Shown piece by piece: positions 1-12,839 of a stretch of 64,000 bases of DNA. This DNA is from Octopus bimaculoides. Its lineage: Eukaryota. The notes below the pieces were generated by a model. The model saw only the letters and a program-made list of their open reading frames with translations, did no database searches and was not told the DNA's origin. How positions within the stretch are numbered: position 1 is the first letter of the stretch; each line of letters starts with the position of its first letter. A program made the translations under genes and the position numbers. The DNA lies in assembly GCF_001194135.2 (NCBI RefSeq), contig NC_068989.1:36571023-36635022 (forward strand). The letters run 5' to 3'.

Positions 1-299
1 TAGAGAAGGCTATCTTTCTCCTGTTCATTCTCCATATTTAATAACCATATACATAACAGGCTTCTCTCAGTTTCCATCCACCAAATCCACTCACAAGGCT
101 TTGGTTGGCCCAGGACTATAGTAGAAGACACTTGTCCACGATGACACATAGTGGGACTGAACGAAGAACCATGTGGTTGAGAAGCAAACTGCTTACTGTT
201 TATAGATATATATTCCATTATTGCTAGGTATATTATAGGTAAGAGGGTAAGTATGAATGAGGTGAAGATAGAATACTGAGGGGGAATTAGGGAGTATCA

Positions 300-1400
300 T
301 GACTGAATTCATTCATTCGAGAAACACTGAATGAAGGAATGGAATGAGGAAGAGAGGGGAGAAAGAAGAGGAGGAGGACAATAATGACATAAGGATGATA
401 GTGTTGGTGAGGAGAGTGGTAATGTTGACAATGATGTTGCTGCTGCCGCTGCTGCTGCTGTTGATGATGATGATGATGGCAACGACGAGGGTGGTAGTGG
501 TGGTGACTAGCAGAAGAAGGCGGAGGAGGAGGAATATAACGATGATGATGATGATAAAGAAGTAGAGATACTTTTGACAATGGTGACAGTGAAGATGACA
601 GTGATGATGATGGTGATGAGAAAGAAGAGAAAGATATTGAATACTGATGATAGTCGTATAACAATAATGATGATGGCAATGACCAAAGAGGAAAAGCAAG
701 CTGTCGATAATGATGATGATGATGATGATGGTGTTCCAGATAACAATGGTGATGTCATAATTACCAAATTAATTATTGCTGTAATCAACGCCAATAGCCT
801 ACATGCTTGGTATCTGATTACATAGGCAGCGAGGGAAAGGTGAAATACCATTAGCCTATTTATTAATGAACATGATTATGATGATGATGATCATCGTCAT
901 TGCCATGAGCATTCTCCACTTTCTCATTATTTTCGTCATCACTGCCCCATCATCATCGTCAGCATCGTCGTTGTCGTATTCGTCGTCATCGTTGTCATCA
1001 TCACTGTCATCATTTTCATTATCACAATCAACTTCATCCTCATTGTCATCAGTATCGCCTCCTCCTTCTCCTCCTCCCCCTCCTCCTCCTCCTCATCATC
1101 ATCACCCTTGCCATCAGTATTTCTTCTTATCTCCTCATCTTCATCATCATTATTATTATCATGATGATGACTGTCTTGTCATCAATATCTCCTTATCATC
1201 ACCATCATCTTCACTATCACCATCATCAACGATCACAATTGTCATCAGCATCTTCTCCTCCTTCTCATCATCATCATCACTATCATTGACATTGCCATTA
1301 TGATTCTGACTACCACTATCCTCCTTCGCCTCCTCCTCCTCCTCCTGCTCCTCCTCATCATCATCATCATTCTCTTTCCCCCTCCTCCTTTTCCTCATCG
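300..1400. repeat. Degenerate trinucleotide low-complexity tract, (GAT/GAG)n then (CAT/CCT)n
   Basis: Direct inspection; it is the source of the poly-His/Ser/Met ORFs in the track. Confidence 0.92.
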
Positions 1401-1704
1401 TTCATTGTGTCTAATTACAAGTGTTTCTATTTTTGCTCATTTCCTCCATAAATGACCAGCTTTCCTACAAATCAAGCTAAACAATATTTCTTTGAGCATG
1501 TGTTCTTCTGCTGTTACCATGGTTACTCTAGGCACTGTATATACAGACAGTCCATTCTTCATTGTCAAGTCTCTTCATGTATGTATACATACCTGGATGT
1601 TCTTGAGCCACTCAACTTGTTAGAAATCACCATTAAATCTTCCTCAGAGTACACCCTGTGTTAAAACAGAAAGAACACATTGGATAATGTAGTCCACAAG
1701 GCAC

Positions 1705-2092
1705 AGGTGTTGCTGTGTGTTAAGAAACTTGCTTCCCAAAAGGTGGTGAGCTGGCAGAAACGTTAGCATGCTGGGTGAAATGCTTAGCGGTATTTCATGT
1801 TTTTACGTTCTGAGTTCAAATTCCACCGAAGTCGACTTTGCCTTTCGTCCTTGCTGGGTCGATAAATTAAATACCACTTACGCACTGGGGTCGATGTAAT
1901 CAACTTAATCCCTTTGTCTGTCCTTGTTTGTCCCCTCTATGTTTAGCCCCTTGTGGGCAATGAAGAAATAAGAAATTGGAAACTTGCTTCCCAGCCACAT
2001 GGTTCTGGGTTCAGTCCACTGCCTGGTACTGTGGGCAAGTGTTTTCTACTATAGCCTCAAATCAACCAAAGCCTTGTAGATGGAAGAAGCCC

Positions 2093-2150
<58 letters not shown>

Positions 2151-2400
2151 TGTGTGTGTGTATGGACATATGTATGGATCTTTGTGTTTGTCCCAGACCA
2201 CCAGTTAACAATTGGTGTTGGTGTGTTTGCATCCCCGTAACTTAGCAGTTCAGCAAAAGAGACCAATACAATAAGAACCAGGCTTTAAAAAAAAAAGAAC
2301 ATTGGTACTGGGGTTGATTCTTCAGACTAAAATTCTTCAAGATAGTATCCCAGTATGGCCACAGTCTAATAACTGAAACAAGTAAAAGATAAAAGATATA
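1705..2400 (+). mobile_element. tRNA-derived SINE (family A) interrupted by a family B SINE at 1739-1978
   Basis: Pol III-like head (GCTGTGTG..., GGTTCAGTCC), a (TG)n centre and an ACTGAAACAAGTAAAAGAT tail. 15-bp TSD GAAACTTGCTTCCCA around the inner SINE. Confidence 0.88.
2095..2160. repeat. (TG)n microsatellite; other simple repeats are (TA)n at ~2855-2920, 4247-4490, 11154-11183, 22477-22520, 28330-28358 and (GA)n at ~56390-56490
   Basis: Direct inspection. Confidence 0.95.
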
Positions 2401-2856
2401 AAGATATACAACCTGACAAAAATATAAAAATATCCAGAATTTCCTCTGGTTGATTTTATAATTTACCATTCCATACTTAATTTAGCTTGGATACAAGATA
2501 TCTCCCTTTAAAAAAAATCAGTATTTCAGGTTAACATCATCATCATCACCGTTTTAATGTCCACTTTGCCATGCTTGCATGAGTCAGACAGAATTTGTTG
2601 AGGTAGATTTTCTATGGCTGGATTCTCTTCCTGTTGCCAACCCTCATCTGTTTCCAAGCAAGCTAATATTTCTCCTTGGCCAGACATGTTTGTCTTGGAA
2701 ATCTAGAAATAAACGTTATTTCTTATATAATGGTGAAATTCATTTATGATCATATGATGTCAAGACAAGGATAGACTCAAACATACACACACAAACACAG
2801 ACACACACACACACACAGACACACACACACACACATATATGTAGAGACACACTTAC

Positions 2857-2922
<66 letters not shown>

Positions 2923-3154
2923 CAAATTTTGGACTATTGCCAATATCCACAGCTTTGTGTACCGCGTTAGGTTGTGTGAGCTTTTCCGCAACACTCCACC
3001 TGCATCTAATGAGGCAGACTGCTTCACCAGCCTGGGCCATCAACCATCCCAGTGAATGCCAGCTCCTGGCTAGTTCTAAGCAGTCTATCTTTTTACAGGC
3101 GCCTGCCAGTGTGCTGTGGACTGGTTTGACTTTCCCAAGCGTCTCCAACATCTG

Positions 3155-3935
3155 AACATCACCCCAGCCGAACTCTCAGCTCTTTGATGTCTCCGACACC
3201 GCATGGACATCATCATAAACCCGGCCGACGAGGGTGGAGCCATGGTGGTGTGGTGCGCGGACCTCTACAAGGCAGAAGCTCTCTGCCAACTTCAAGGCAC
3301 CTCCTTCTACTGCCCTCTGCCTTCCAACCCCATACCCAGCTACCAACAGACTGTGTCCTCTACTGTCCATGACCTCATCTCCTTTCCCATCTCCCCCTAC
3401 CACCTCTAACCTCATTGTCTGCATCCCTAACTCTCCCACAATTTACTTCCTCCCCAAAATCCACAAACCTAACAACCCTGGCCGCCCATTGTCTCCACCT
3501 GCAACTGCCCCACCGAAATCATCTCCAGGTAACTTGACCATGTCCTTACCCTACTAGTGGCTTTCCTCCCCTCCCACATCCCTATCACCAACCATGCTCT
3601 TCGTTTGTTCAACTCTTTCTCCTTCCCTCCTGGCCCCTCTAAACTTCTCTTCCCTCTTGACATCAAAGGGTCTATATACAGTGATCCCTCAACATGAGGG
3701 GCTGCTTGCACTCCAACATTTCCTTGACCTTCGACCCAAACCCCAACCTGACACATCCACACTCCTTTGTCTGGCCAAACTTGTCATCTCACTTAACAGC
3801 TTCTCGTTCACAGGTGATTTTTACCAGTAGTTCTCAGGAGTGGCCATGGGAACAAGAATGGGTCCCAACTATGCAAACTTGTTCGTTAGCTACATTGAGG
3901 CCTAAATATTCTCAAGTTTCACTGGTCCCACTGCT

Positions 3936-3945
<10 letters not shown>
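3155..3945 (+). mobile_element. Penelope-like element, degenerate reverse transcriptase fragment
   Basis: Frameshifted motifs IIINPADEGGAMVVW, YFLPKIHKPNNPGRP, KGLYTVIPQHEGLLAL, LNSFSFTGDFYQ and GVAMGTRMGPNYANLF. Confidence 0.9.
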
Positions 3946-3966
<21 letters not shown>

Positions 3967-4146
3967 NNNNNNNNNNNNNNNNNNNNNNNNNNNNNNNNNN
4001 NNNNNNNNNNNNNNNNNNNNNNNNNNNNNNNNNNNNNNNNNNNNNNNNNNNNNNNNNNNNNNNNNNNNNNNNNNNNNNNNNNNNNNNNNNNNNNNNNNNN
4101 NNNNNNNNNNNNNNNNNNNNNNNNNNNNNNNNNNNNNNNNNNNNNN
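3967..4146. other. Assembly gap (N-run); other gaps at 22588-22872, 48755-48845, 49998-50007, 56435-56444
   Basis: Runs of N, mostly adjacent to microsatellites. Confidence 0.99.
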
Positions 4147-4625
4147 TATATATATAGGTATGGTCATAAATATTATGATATGTATCCCTTTTCCTCAGAG
4201 AGGAAAGAAGACATTAGGAGTAGTCAATTGGATATAGAGTAACTGTCTATATACATATATATATATGCCTATATATAAATATATATGTATATATACATAT
4301 ATATACACACACATATATATGTATATGTCTATACATATATTTATATATGTGTATATATATATATATATGTATATATATAAATATATGTATATGTATTTAT
4401 GTATATATGTATATATACATATATATGTATGCATATATATATGTATATATGCATTTATATATATATATGTATATATACATATATATAAGTATTGACAGTT
4501 ACACTATATCCAATTGACTGCACCTAATATCTTCTTTTCTCCTTGAGGTGTGCAGCAGCATCTGATTACCTGGTTGGTCACGTGATATAACAAAAAATAC
4601 ATATAAAGAATATCATATCTTTATT

Positions 4626-4870
4626 TTAGATCTCATCATATAAATCCAACAATTGTTCAGCCGATAATGGATTATAAGGTGGAATCTTTTGGGATGTAAA
4701 AATTTGTTTGATATCAGTAAGATCTGTATCAAAAAGACCATCACTCTTACTATTCTTTTCGAAGTAGTATGCATGCCACCTCTTATGATAAATAAGTGAA
4801 TTAGTCTTACTAATTAAATTCTTCATATATTCTTTTGTGATAAAATTTTTCTCCATATCAAAGATAATCT
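4626..4870 (-). mobile_element. Penelope-like element, N-terminal ORF fragment
   Basis: KEYMKNLISKTNSLI..KRWHAYYFEK...KIPPYNPL...DLYD resembles the pre-RT N-terminus of Penelope-like ORFs (LI.KTE..I.RMRWKA.FF...PP). Recognised from memory, not from a search. Confidence 0.55.
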
Positions 4871-6184
4871 ACCGTAAGCACTCCAAACAAAGAGAATGAT
4901 AGAGTATATATAATTAGAAGAAAAAATAGGATTTAAAAATCCTGGCAGATATCAGCAAAGCACCCAGTATTAAAGGAATTTGCTTAAATTCTGCAAAAGG
5001 ATAGCTGGATTTACCTGTCATGCATGAGGATTTACCTGGGATATGTTTTCTACTTACATTTACTGATATCTGATTGTTGAACATTTAACCAAATTCTTTA
5101 ATTGGCCTGAAGCTATAGTTGAAGACCTTGGGTGAGGTTCCATACAGTAGGAATGAACTCAAAACTATATGGTTGCAAACTGAACTTCTTAACCACACAG
5201 CCATGGCTGCACCTACGTATTTGTAGCTATGTATAAAAATATACAGATGTGTAGTGTTATATACACACAGCACTTTACAGTTATTTACATTGAATCACTG
5301 CCAATCCAAGTATGTGGTTAGCCAATATGTACAAATATGTATCATTGGGAAAATTCTTGTATTTGGATGAATATGTGTGCTGTGTTTGTGACAAGCAGGT
5401 AGCTAGATTAAATAGTAATTGTGATGTCAAAATGGTGATAGTAAAGGTGAAGAAAGACATGTCCATCATGCTGTTATAGTGATGGTAGTGGAGGCAGTAA
5501 GTTACTCAACACAAAAGGGTAAATGCAAAGTGGGTTGCCAACTGCCTGAATGAATACTGTCTCTACATATGTCTGATATTTGAAGCTAGGAAATGAATTA
5601 CATAGACAGATGTCACCAAAGGTCAAGTTAAACTAAGTTTCCTGTCTCCAATATAGATAGAAAGTTGATAAGGAGAACAATCTGAAAATGAGCCAAGATT
5701 TACTGACAATGAATTGTAAGTTTGTCAGATTAAATCTCAAAGTATCCATCTATAACTGACTTCTTTTAGAAACTTATGAAGTATACTACAAAATCTAGGA
5801 TCAATAAGATTACACAATACACTGTTACATGAATAAAGTCAATTGGTAATTTTTATTTTTACGTAATAACTAATTTCCTTTATATAATCAATTTCAGTAG
5901 ATATAAAAGTAGTTATATTCATAATTACTTAATTGCATAATTGAAATATTGATTTTTAATATAGGCACAAGACTACACATTTGGGGAGGGCTTAGTTGAT
6001 TACATTAACCCCCACCTACTTAACTGGTGCTTATTTTATTGACTCTGAAACAACATTCTAAATATTACTGCTCTAATGTGTCAGAGTGTGCTTCTTTTCG
6101 GATGTGTGTGTATGTGTTTGTGTGTGCATGGGTGCATGTGAGCGTGTGTTGCTGAGACCCCACTTTGGTCATGATTGACCATAG

Positions 6185-6420
6185 GTTTGCACCTAGAAAG
6201 TTACCCTTCCAGGCACAAGTCCGGGCAAGGTTGTTTTATGGAAGACCAGTAGTTGCCCATGCATACCGGCCTCCCCTCTCCACACCACCAGTGTTATCGA
6301 AGGGAAAGGCAAAGGCCGATACAGCTTGGCACCTGTGACGTCACAACTCATTTCTACAACTGAGTGAACTGGAGCAGCGTGAAATAAAGTGCCTTGCTCA
6401 AGAACACAACACGCAGCCCG
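6185..6420 (-). mobile_element. A further SINE-like repeat family
   Basis: GC-rich block with TGAGTGAACTGGAGCAGCGTGAAATAAAGTGCCTTGCTCAAGAACAC, typical of invertebrate SINE bodies. A related central block appears on + near 23625-23650. Confidence 0.55.
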
Positions 6421-7393
6421 GTCCACATGTGTGCCATTTTTCATGCAAATGCACCTAGCCATTTGGCTGTGAACCTCAAGACAAGAAAGAATATAATGAT
6501 CACCCATGCCCAATTTATATTATAGACTAAGGCATATCTAAAAACCAGGGTTTTAAAAAAAGTTTTAATTGATTTTCTCAGTAACTATGGGGGCTAGGAA
6601 AAAAATACAAATGGCAGCGCAATCTATGGACCTGTCTTCACCTGTGTGCCATTTTTCATGCGAATCCATCCAGCTGTTTAGCTGTGAACCTCAGGACAAG
6701 AAAGAATGACTACAAGACTACAACGATCACCCATGTCTAATTTATATAATAGATATATAATTCACACTGTAGGTAACATCAGTTCTAGAGAGTTAACTGT
6801 ATTTTCTTTGGTGGTCAGTGCAAAGTTCAGTTCTTCACACTGGAAAAGTTACCTGCATGAGACTCCCATCAAAGAAGACATTTGTTTCTCATCTTAATGT
6901 TATGGAAGTCTAAGTTGATTTTTGTGTTCTAGGGTGATTGTTAAAACTGCATTTATTGATATCTTTTCTTTGTTTTAAATACCCTCATCTATATAATGGT
7001 TAAGGCTGGTCTTATTAACCAGGATTAGTTGAGCCTGAATGCTTGGCATGAATCAAAATGAATGCCCATTAAAAAAAAAGAAATACATAGAAATAATTAA
7101 TAATGGTGTTGTTACAACCATTTTCTTATAACTAGTAGTACTGTCACAACCATATTCTTGTAAATAGTATAACAATATTGCTTTATTTATAAACAGTGCC
7201 AGTATAATTGTCGTCATGGTGTTGTTTATCAATTGTTAGTATGAGATGATGAAATTGTATCTATCAATGTCTTTTGTTTCAAAGACTAGCCATATACATC
7301 CTTGTCAGTATAATGGTTAGGATTGGTAGAGTTAATGTGGATTTGTGGAGCCTGACTGTCTGGTATGAATTAAATTGAAAGCATTTTTATTAA

Positions 7394-7612
7394 CCCTTTA
7401 GCATTTAAACTGGCCATATCATCCCAAATATTCTGGCTGCTTTATGTTCAAACTGGCCAGATCTGGCTTCTCACACCTACCCAACATTGTTATTGTGAAA
7501 ATAAACAATCACATCATCAAAATCTCACAGCTATGAAATAACGCATGATTAATTTTAAAAAATTTGAATAAATAAGCATCACATTTGACAGAGTAATCTG
7601 AATGCTAAAGGG
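7394..7612. mobile_element. piggyBac-type MITE (family 1)
   Basis: TTAA|CCCTTTAGCATT...AATGCTAAAGGG|TTAA. A partial second copy is at ~18270-18366. Confidence 0.85.
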
Positions 7613-7637
7613 TTAAAAGTACTTAGGTTGTTTGTTA

Positions 7638-8165
7638 ACATCATCATCATCGTCGTTTGTCATTGTTGTTGTTGTTGTCATCATTTTAATATTCACTTTT
7701 CCATGCTTGCACAGGTTAGTGAAAATTTGCTGAGGTAGATTTTCGATGACCAGATGCTCTTCCTGTCACCAACCCTCACCTGTTTCAAAACAAGGTAATA
7801 TTCCTCTTAGTCTTTCGAACATGAATAGCACAATGCCCGACATCTTTTCATGGAAGATTGCAAACAAATGATACTGCTTGATATGATGATGATGATGCTT
7901 GTTGACAGCTATTGTGTAAAGTCAAGACAAGAAGATACAAACACAAATACATATATGCATGCATGCACGTACACACCCACACACACGTGCACATACACAC
8001 ACATGACAGGCTTCTTTCAGTTTCCAATTTACCAAATCCATTCACAATGCTTTGGTTATCCTGGGACTAAAGTAGAAGGCACTTACCCAAGTTGTGCTGT
8101 ATAGTGGAACTGACCATAAACTACATGGTTGGAAAACAAACTTCTTAACCGCATAGCCATGCCTA
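7638..8165 (-). mobile_element. SINE with family A head and RTE-derived (GAT)n tail; further copies at ~8545-8990, 19210-19595, 32590-33005 and partial at 2535-2840
   Basis: Reverse complement of the family A head joined through (CA)n to a body ending in the RTE-like CCATGCTTGCA...CATCATCAT tail. The same architecture recurs at the listed loci. Confidence 0.8.
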
Positions 8166-10285
8166 TCTTTATTTTAATAATTTAGCATGAATGGAGCATA
8201 ACTCCAAACATGTTTCTGCATTATTCAACTTCCTCAATAAAATGTAGATTTCACTGTACTGACCAAAGAAGTAACAAAAGAATCAGTAACTAAATGTACA
8301 GTAGTATATTTCCTCCCCAAGTAATTATTTTTAATTAACTTTTTGATGCTCACTATATTAAATGTTAACATTAAAACTTTACTGTTATTTTTCATGGATA
8401 TGGGTGTCTCAGAGAAACTCCTTTCAGTGATTTATTTCTTTAAATATGCTAATTGTTAAGTGTCACATATGTACAGTCATGCAGCAATTTTCTCACCACT
8501 GCTTCAGCAAGTGTGATGATATTTTGTTGATGATGTCAAGTGCCCCTATCATCATCATCATCATTTTAACATCCACTTTTCCATTCTTGCATGGGTTGGA
8601 CAGAGTTTGTTGAGGAAATTTTTCTATGGCCAGATGGCCTTCCTGTCACCAGACTTCACCTGTTTACAAGCAAGATAACATATCCTTAAGCCCAGACATG
8701 TTCTCATAGAATATTAGGAATGAATGACACTGTTTAATAGTGACAATCATTTTACAACTATTATGCAATGTCAAGACAAGGAGACAGACAGACAGACAGA
8801 CACATACACACACGCACACATGTACATACAACGGGCTTTTTAGTTTCCATCTACCAAATCCATTCACAAAGCTCTGGTCAACCCAGATCTATAATAAAAG
8901 ATGCTTTCCCAAGGTACCATGCAGTGGGACTGAACCCAGAGACATGTTGCTGAGAAGCAAACTTCTTACCACACAGCTATGCTTGTGCCTCTACTTGTCA
9001 AAAATTATTAAAATATTAGCCACTGAGCTGTTGTTGTCTTTACCTAACTATATAAATTATTTTTAATTAACTTCTAGATCAGAAATTCTCAACCTTTTGT
9101 TGCTTGGTTCCACCTTTTATAGAATACCATTTAGCAAGACCTCTTATGTATGTTTTCATAAAAAGCAATAAAGAAAAGCAAATTATTTTAATCAAACAAG
9201 CTAATTTCACACAGTGATCTCATATCTATATTTTCTTATACTATCCCACCCAGCAAGTGTCTGTTCTTTGATATTTGCATAGAATACTGTCTGACTATGT
9301 TAATTTCTAGTAGGAAATACTAAAAAGTGAGGGCTTATATTATGAAATTATATTGGACATTGGCTCATCATTGCTCTTGTTTCTCCTTGCTGATAACGCA
9401 ATGTCCTATTTATGTTTTCATCCTGACAAATAGCATTTTTGAAAGTATGCTTAAAATGTAAGTGTTGTTCTTGGTTTCAATATTTACCTTCAAAAGCAGG
9501 GTATTGTAATCATTCATATTTGTTTGTTTGTCTGTGTGTTTGCAAAATTACTGGGAAATGGCTGAATGGATTTTCACCAAATTTGGCAGAAATACTCATT
9601 GGATGAGTGGCTCGAAATGATGAAAATTTGGTTTGATTATTTTCAGACATACATAAATACATACATAGATATGCAACTCTGTGTGTGTGTGTGCATGTGT
9701 ACAGTAATGGATTTGAGGGATTCGTTTATTTATAAGTTGATTTCTTAATTTCACAGGAGTATAAATGCCTCTAATGGTGATAAGCAATGCAAGCTACACT
9801 ATAATTTGCAAAAAAAATTATCTGTGTTCAAGGTGTGCCTTTCTTTTTCGTTTATTAACAAAAACGTGAAGGTACATGGCATTGTGGTTAGGGTGTTGCA
9901 CTCATAATCACAAGATCATGGTTTCAATTGCTAGACTGGTAGTGCATTGTATTCTAGTAGTGGATCTAGTAGACAGAGATTGAAAGAAATCTGTTGCAAA
10001 TGTATATGGATAGGTGCGTTTTTCTGTATATCCTTGTTTTAACATCACATGATGGATGTAAATGAGCATCACCATAATACGAGCAGCATTGTTTGTTTCT
10101 AATCTTTTGTGGAAAACCATATCTGGATGTGGGAAATATAGCCTTGCTTGAAAACAGGTGAAGGTTGTTGACAGCAAGGGCATCTAACTATAGAAATTCT
10201 GCTTCAACAGATTCCATCTAATCCATGCAAGCATTGTAAAGTGCACGTTAAATGACGAGGCTGTATATATATGTGTGTATATATA

Positions 10286-11149
10286 TTGGGTCATCCCATA
10301 AATAATACGGTTTTTTCAATTGCATTAACTAAAAGTTGGAGGGGGACACGATAAACCACCTATAAAAGCAGGTAGTAATTTTACCTTGTACTTATTCTTA
10401 GTGCAAGTTTTGAAGAGTGCAGTTCGATTTTAACAGTTATTTCTTCAAAGCTATAATGGAATTGACAAAGAAGCATATTCAGTATATTTTGCTTTATGAG
10501 TTCAATAAAGACAACAATGCAATAGAAAGTGCAAGGAATATCAATGCAGTATATGGAAGTTGGACAATAAACATAAGCCAGTGTCAACAGTGGTTCCAGA
10601 AATTCAGAGCTAGAAACTACAGCCTGGAAGATGAGCATTGTCCTGGAAGATCTGTAGAGCTTGACAAGGATGTCCTGCAAACCCTGGTGGAACAAAATCC
10701 CATCATGACTGTTGAGGAACTAGCAAAGAAGCTTGGATTTGGTCATTCAACCATTCATTGATACCTGCGCTAGAAGAAAAATGATCATCTTTGGTTTCAA
10801 GACGAAAGGTGTTCTTTTATCAGGATAATGCTCAGCCACATGCAGTGAGGATGACATTCCACCATATTCACTGGACATTGCCCCATCTAATTATCATTTA
10901 TTCCAGTCTTCAAAACCATTCGGACAGAAAAAATACGAATTCTGTAGATGAAGTCAAAACAGTACTGGACGAGTATTTTTTGTCACAGACAAATGAATTT
11001 TGGAAGAGGGGCCTTGCAATTCTACCAGATAGATGGAAGAACATTGTAGAAAATGAAGGAGAGTATACTTTAGATTAAAAAAGAACTTTGCTTATCTTAG
11101 TTTTGAAAAATAAAAGAAGTATAAAAAGCTGCATTATTTATGGGATGAC

Positions 11150-11153
<4 letters not shown>
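10286..11153 (+). mobile_element. Mariner transposon, internally deleted, both TIRs present
   Basis: TIRs TTGGGTCATCCCATAAATAAT...ATTATTTATGGGATGACCCAA are flanked by TA. The N-terminal HTH ORF reads LYEFNKDNNAIESARNI...WFQKFRARNYSLEDE..PGRS and the C-terminal part reads QDNAQPH...LPDRWKNIVENEGEY. The middle of the catalytic domain is missing. Confidence 0.93.
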
Positions 11154-11186
<33 letters not shown>

Positions 11187-11659
11187 TCAACATTTAAAGT
11201 GTTTTCCATGTTGGTATTGGCATGAATTGGATGGGTCACACCAAGTTCCATAGTCTGTTTTGGCATGGTTTCTATGGCTGGATGCCCTTTCTAATGCCAA
11301 CCACTTTATAGAGTGCACTGAGTGCTTTTTACATGGCACCAGCACCACTACCAATGCTTTTTACATGGCACCTTGGTTTTAGGATCTCAGTTCTGTTTTT
11401 GGGTCTTCTTGAGTTTCAATTCTGTTGTGGTGGATAGTATGTATACATCATTTGCTTGTGTCACCAGATTCTCACTGTTGCTTGAGTTGAGTTGGTCAAT
11501 AAAGATATAGTTCATTGGATACATGAATAATAACTGAAGCACACTCACAAACATTTAACAGAATATTTATTGCTGGACATACAGCTATTTGGTAACTAGC
11601 TATTTACAATGACCTGGATTGGAAGAGAGAAAGTGCTCTGAAATTATATAAAGTTTGTA

Positions 11660-12610
11660 TGCATGACAATATGCAGTTGGTCCAAAAAATATCTAAGTCA
11701 AATGTTCAAATCTCCTTGGCAATCTGCACTGTAAGCTACATGCCAATCAGTTTTCTTAAGGTTCAAGAGGTTTGATTCTAGAACAATCAAGAAAACCATA
11801 TCACACCACATCTTTATGTTGATCAGTCAATTTATAGACCAATCATATGAAAATTACAGTGGTTTAATCGTGGTGTCTGACTGAATATCTACCAGTTAGT
11901 TTTTGAATCACCACCATAAGTAGTCTCCTCCCAGTTCTTTACCTAAAATTGAAAAGAAAGAAACAATAAAACAGAGAATTTAGATAAAAATACAATATGC
12001 CAATGAAAGTGAAAAAAGAACAAGAAAAAGAAAAACATGCTTTGAATACAGACTAAATGCTGAAAGAATGTTCGAGTAAGAATGATAATTTTGTAAAATA
12101 TGCTAAGTTCTGTAGAAAAGGAAGAGGAGTGTTATGGTAGGGGAATGGACTTGATGAAAGCCTGCATCTGTTAATTAACATTGACAGCCTCCTGTCTTCC
12201 CTGAATGTCCAAGATCATATTATTTTGGTTTAACTTTTAGCACATGGCATAGATCAGAATAGATTGCATTATTGTGTACAAAGACGTGAGTTCGGGTATT
12301 TATGTTGGATAAAACAAAAGTTTTTTAATTGACTGCAGTTGGTCCTAAAACATACCAAGTCAACCGTGCAAACCTCTATGGTGACAGAGGTCTGTTGGTC
12401 AACTGTGCAAATCTCTATGGTGACAGAGGTCTGTTGGCTTTTACAGGGACAAGAGGCTTTATTCAAGAACAATCATGAAAATCATATCATTCCATAGTAT
12501 CACAAAAATTGGTTGATTTATATAGATTGATCGTGGGAAACGCTCGTAGTTCACTTATAGTGTCTGAATATCTAGCAGTGTGATTTCGAATCACTGCTAC
12601 ATTAGCATAT
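11660..12610. repeat. Two diverged direct copies of an unclassified repeat (~11670-11930 and ~12340-12600); the second contains a 39-bp tandem duplication
   Basis: Shared TGCAGTTGGTCC...AAGTCAA, AGAACAATCA.GAAAA.CATATCA and TGAATATCTA.CAG. The unit GTCAAC.GTGCAAA.CTCTATGGTGACAGAGGTCTGTTG appears twice at 12358-12436. Confidence 0.7.
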
Positions 12611-12684
12611 AAACTGTATTTAGAGATGAAAAAAAAAAAAGATTATTTGGTGCATGCGCCTGCAAAATATTACCATATATTTAA

Positions 12685-12828
12685 CCCTTTTGATGCCAAC
12701 CCGAGACTGCTCTGGCTCTTTCTACAAAACAAATTCCGTTTTAAAGTGATCTTAATTAGAACATTTCATCAAAATTTTACTAAATTCTTTATTATTTTCA
12801 AAATTAATTGAAACAAAGGTAAAAAGGG
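12685..12828. mobile_element. piggyBac-type MITE (family 2), short copy
   Basis: TTAA|CCCTTTTGAT...AAAAGGG|TTAA. The internal TTTTAAAGTGATC is shared with the copy at 50800-51045. Confidence 0.8.
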
Positions 12829-12839
12829 TTAAAACAGAA

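Noticed and set aside
287-1398. Seven ORFs of 73-145 aa rich in His, Ser, Met or Asp
   Set aside because: They are products of trinucleotide low-complexity DNA that is open in many frames, with no splice signals or domains.
1976-3151. ORFs with CVCVCV, YIYIYI or HTHTHT runs (also 4195-4495, 45166-45420, 56280-56717, 61476-61766)
   Set aside because: Translations of dinucleotide microsatellites and SINE bodies.
4626-4856. 76-aa ORF as the terminal exon of a host gene
   Set aside because: It is better explained as a Penelope-like N-terminal remnant; the same frame has stops upstream and I found no partner exons.
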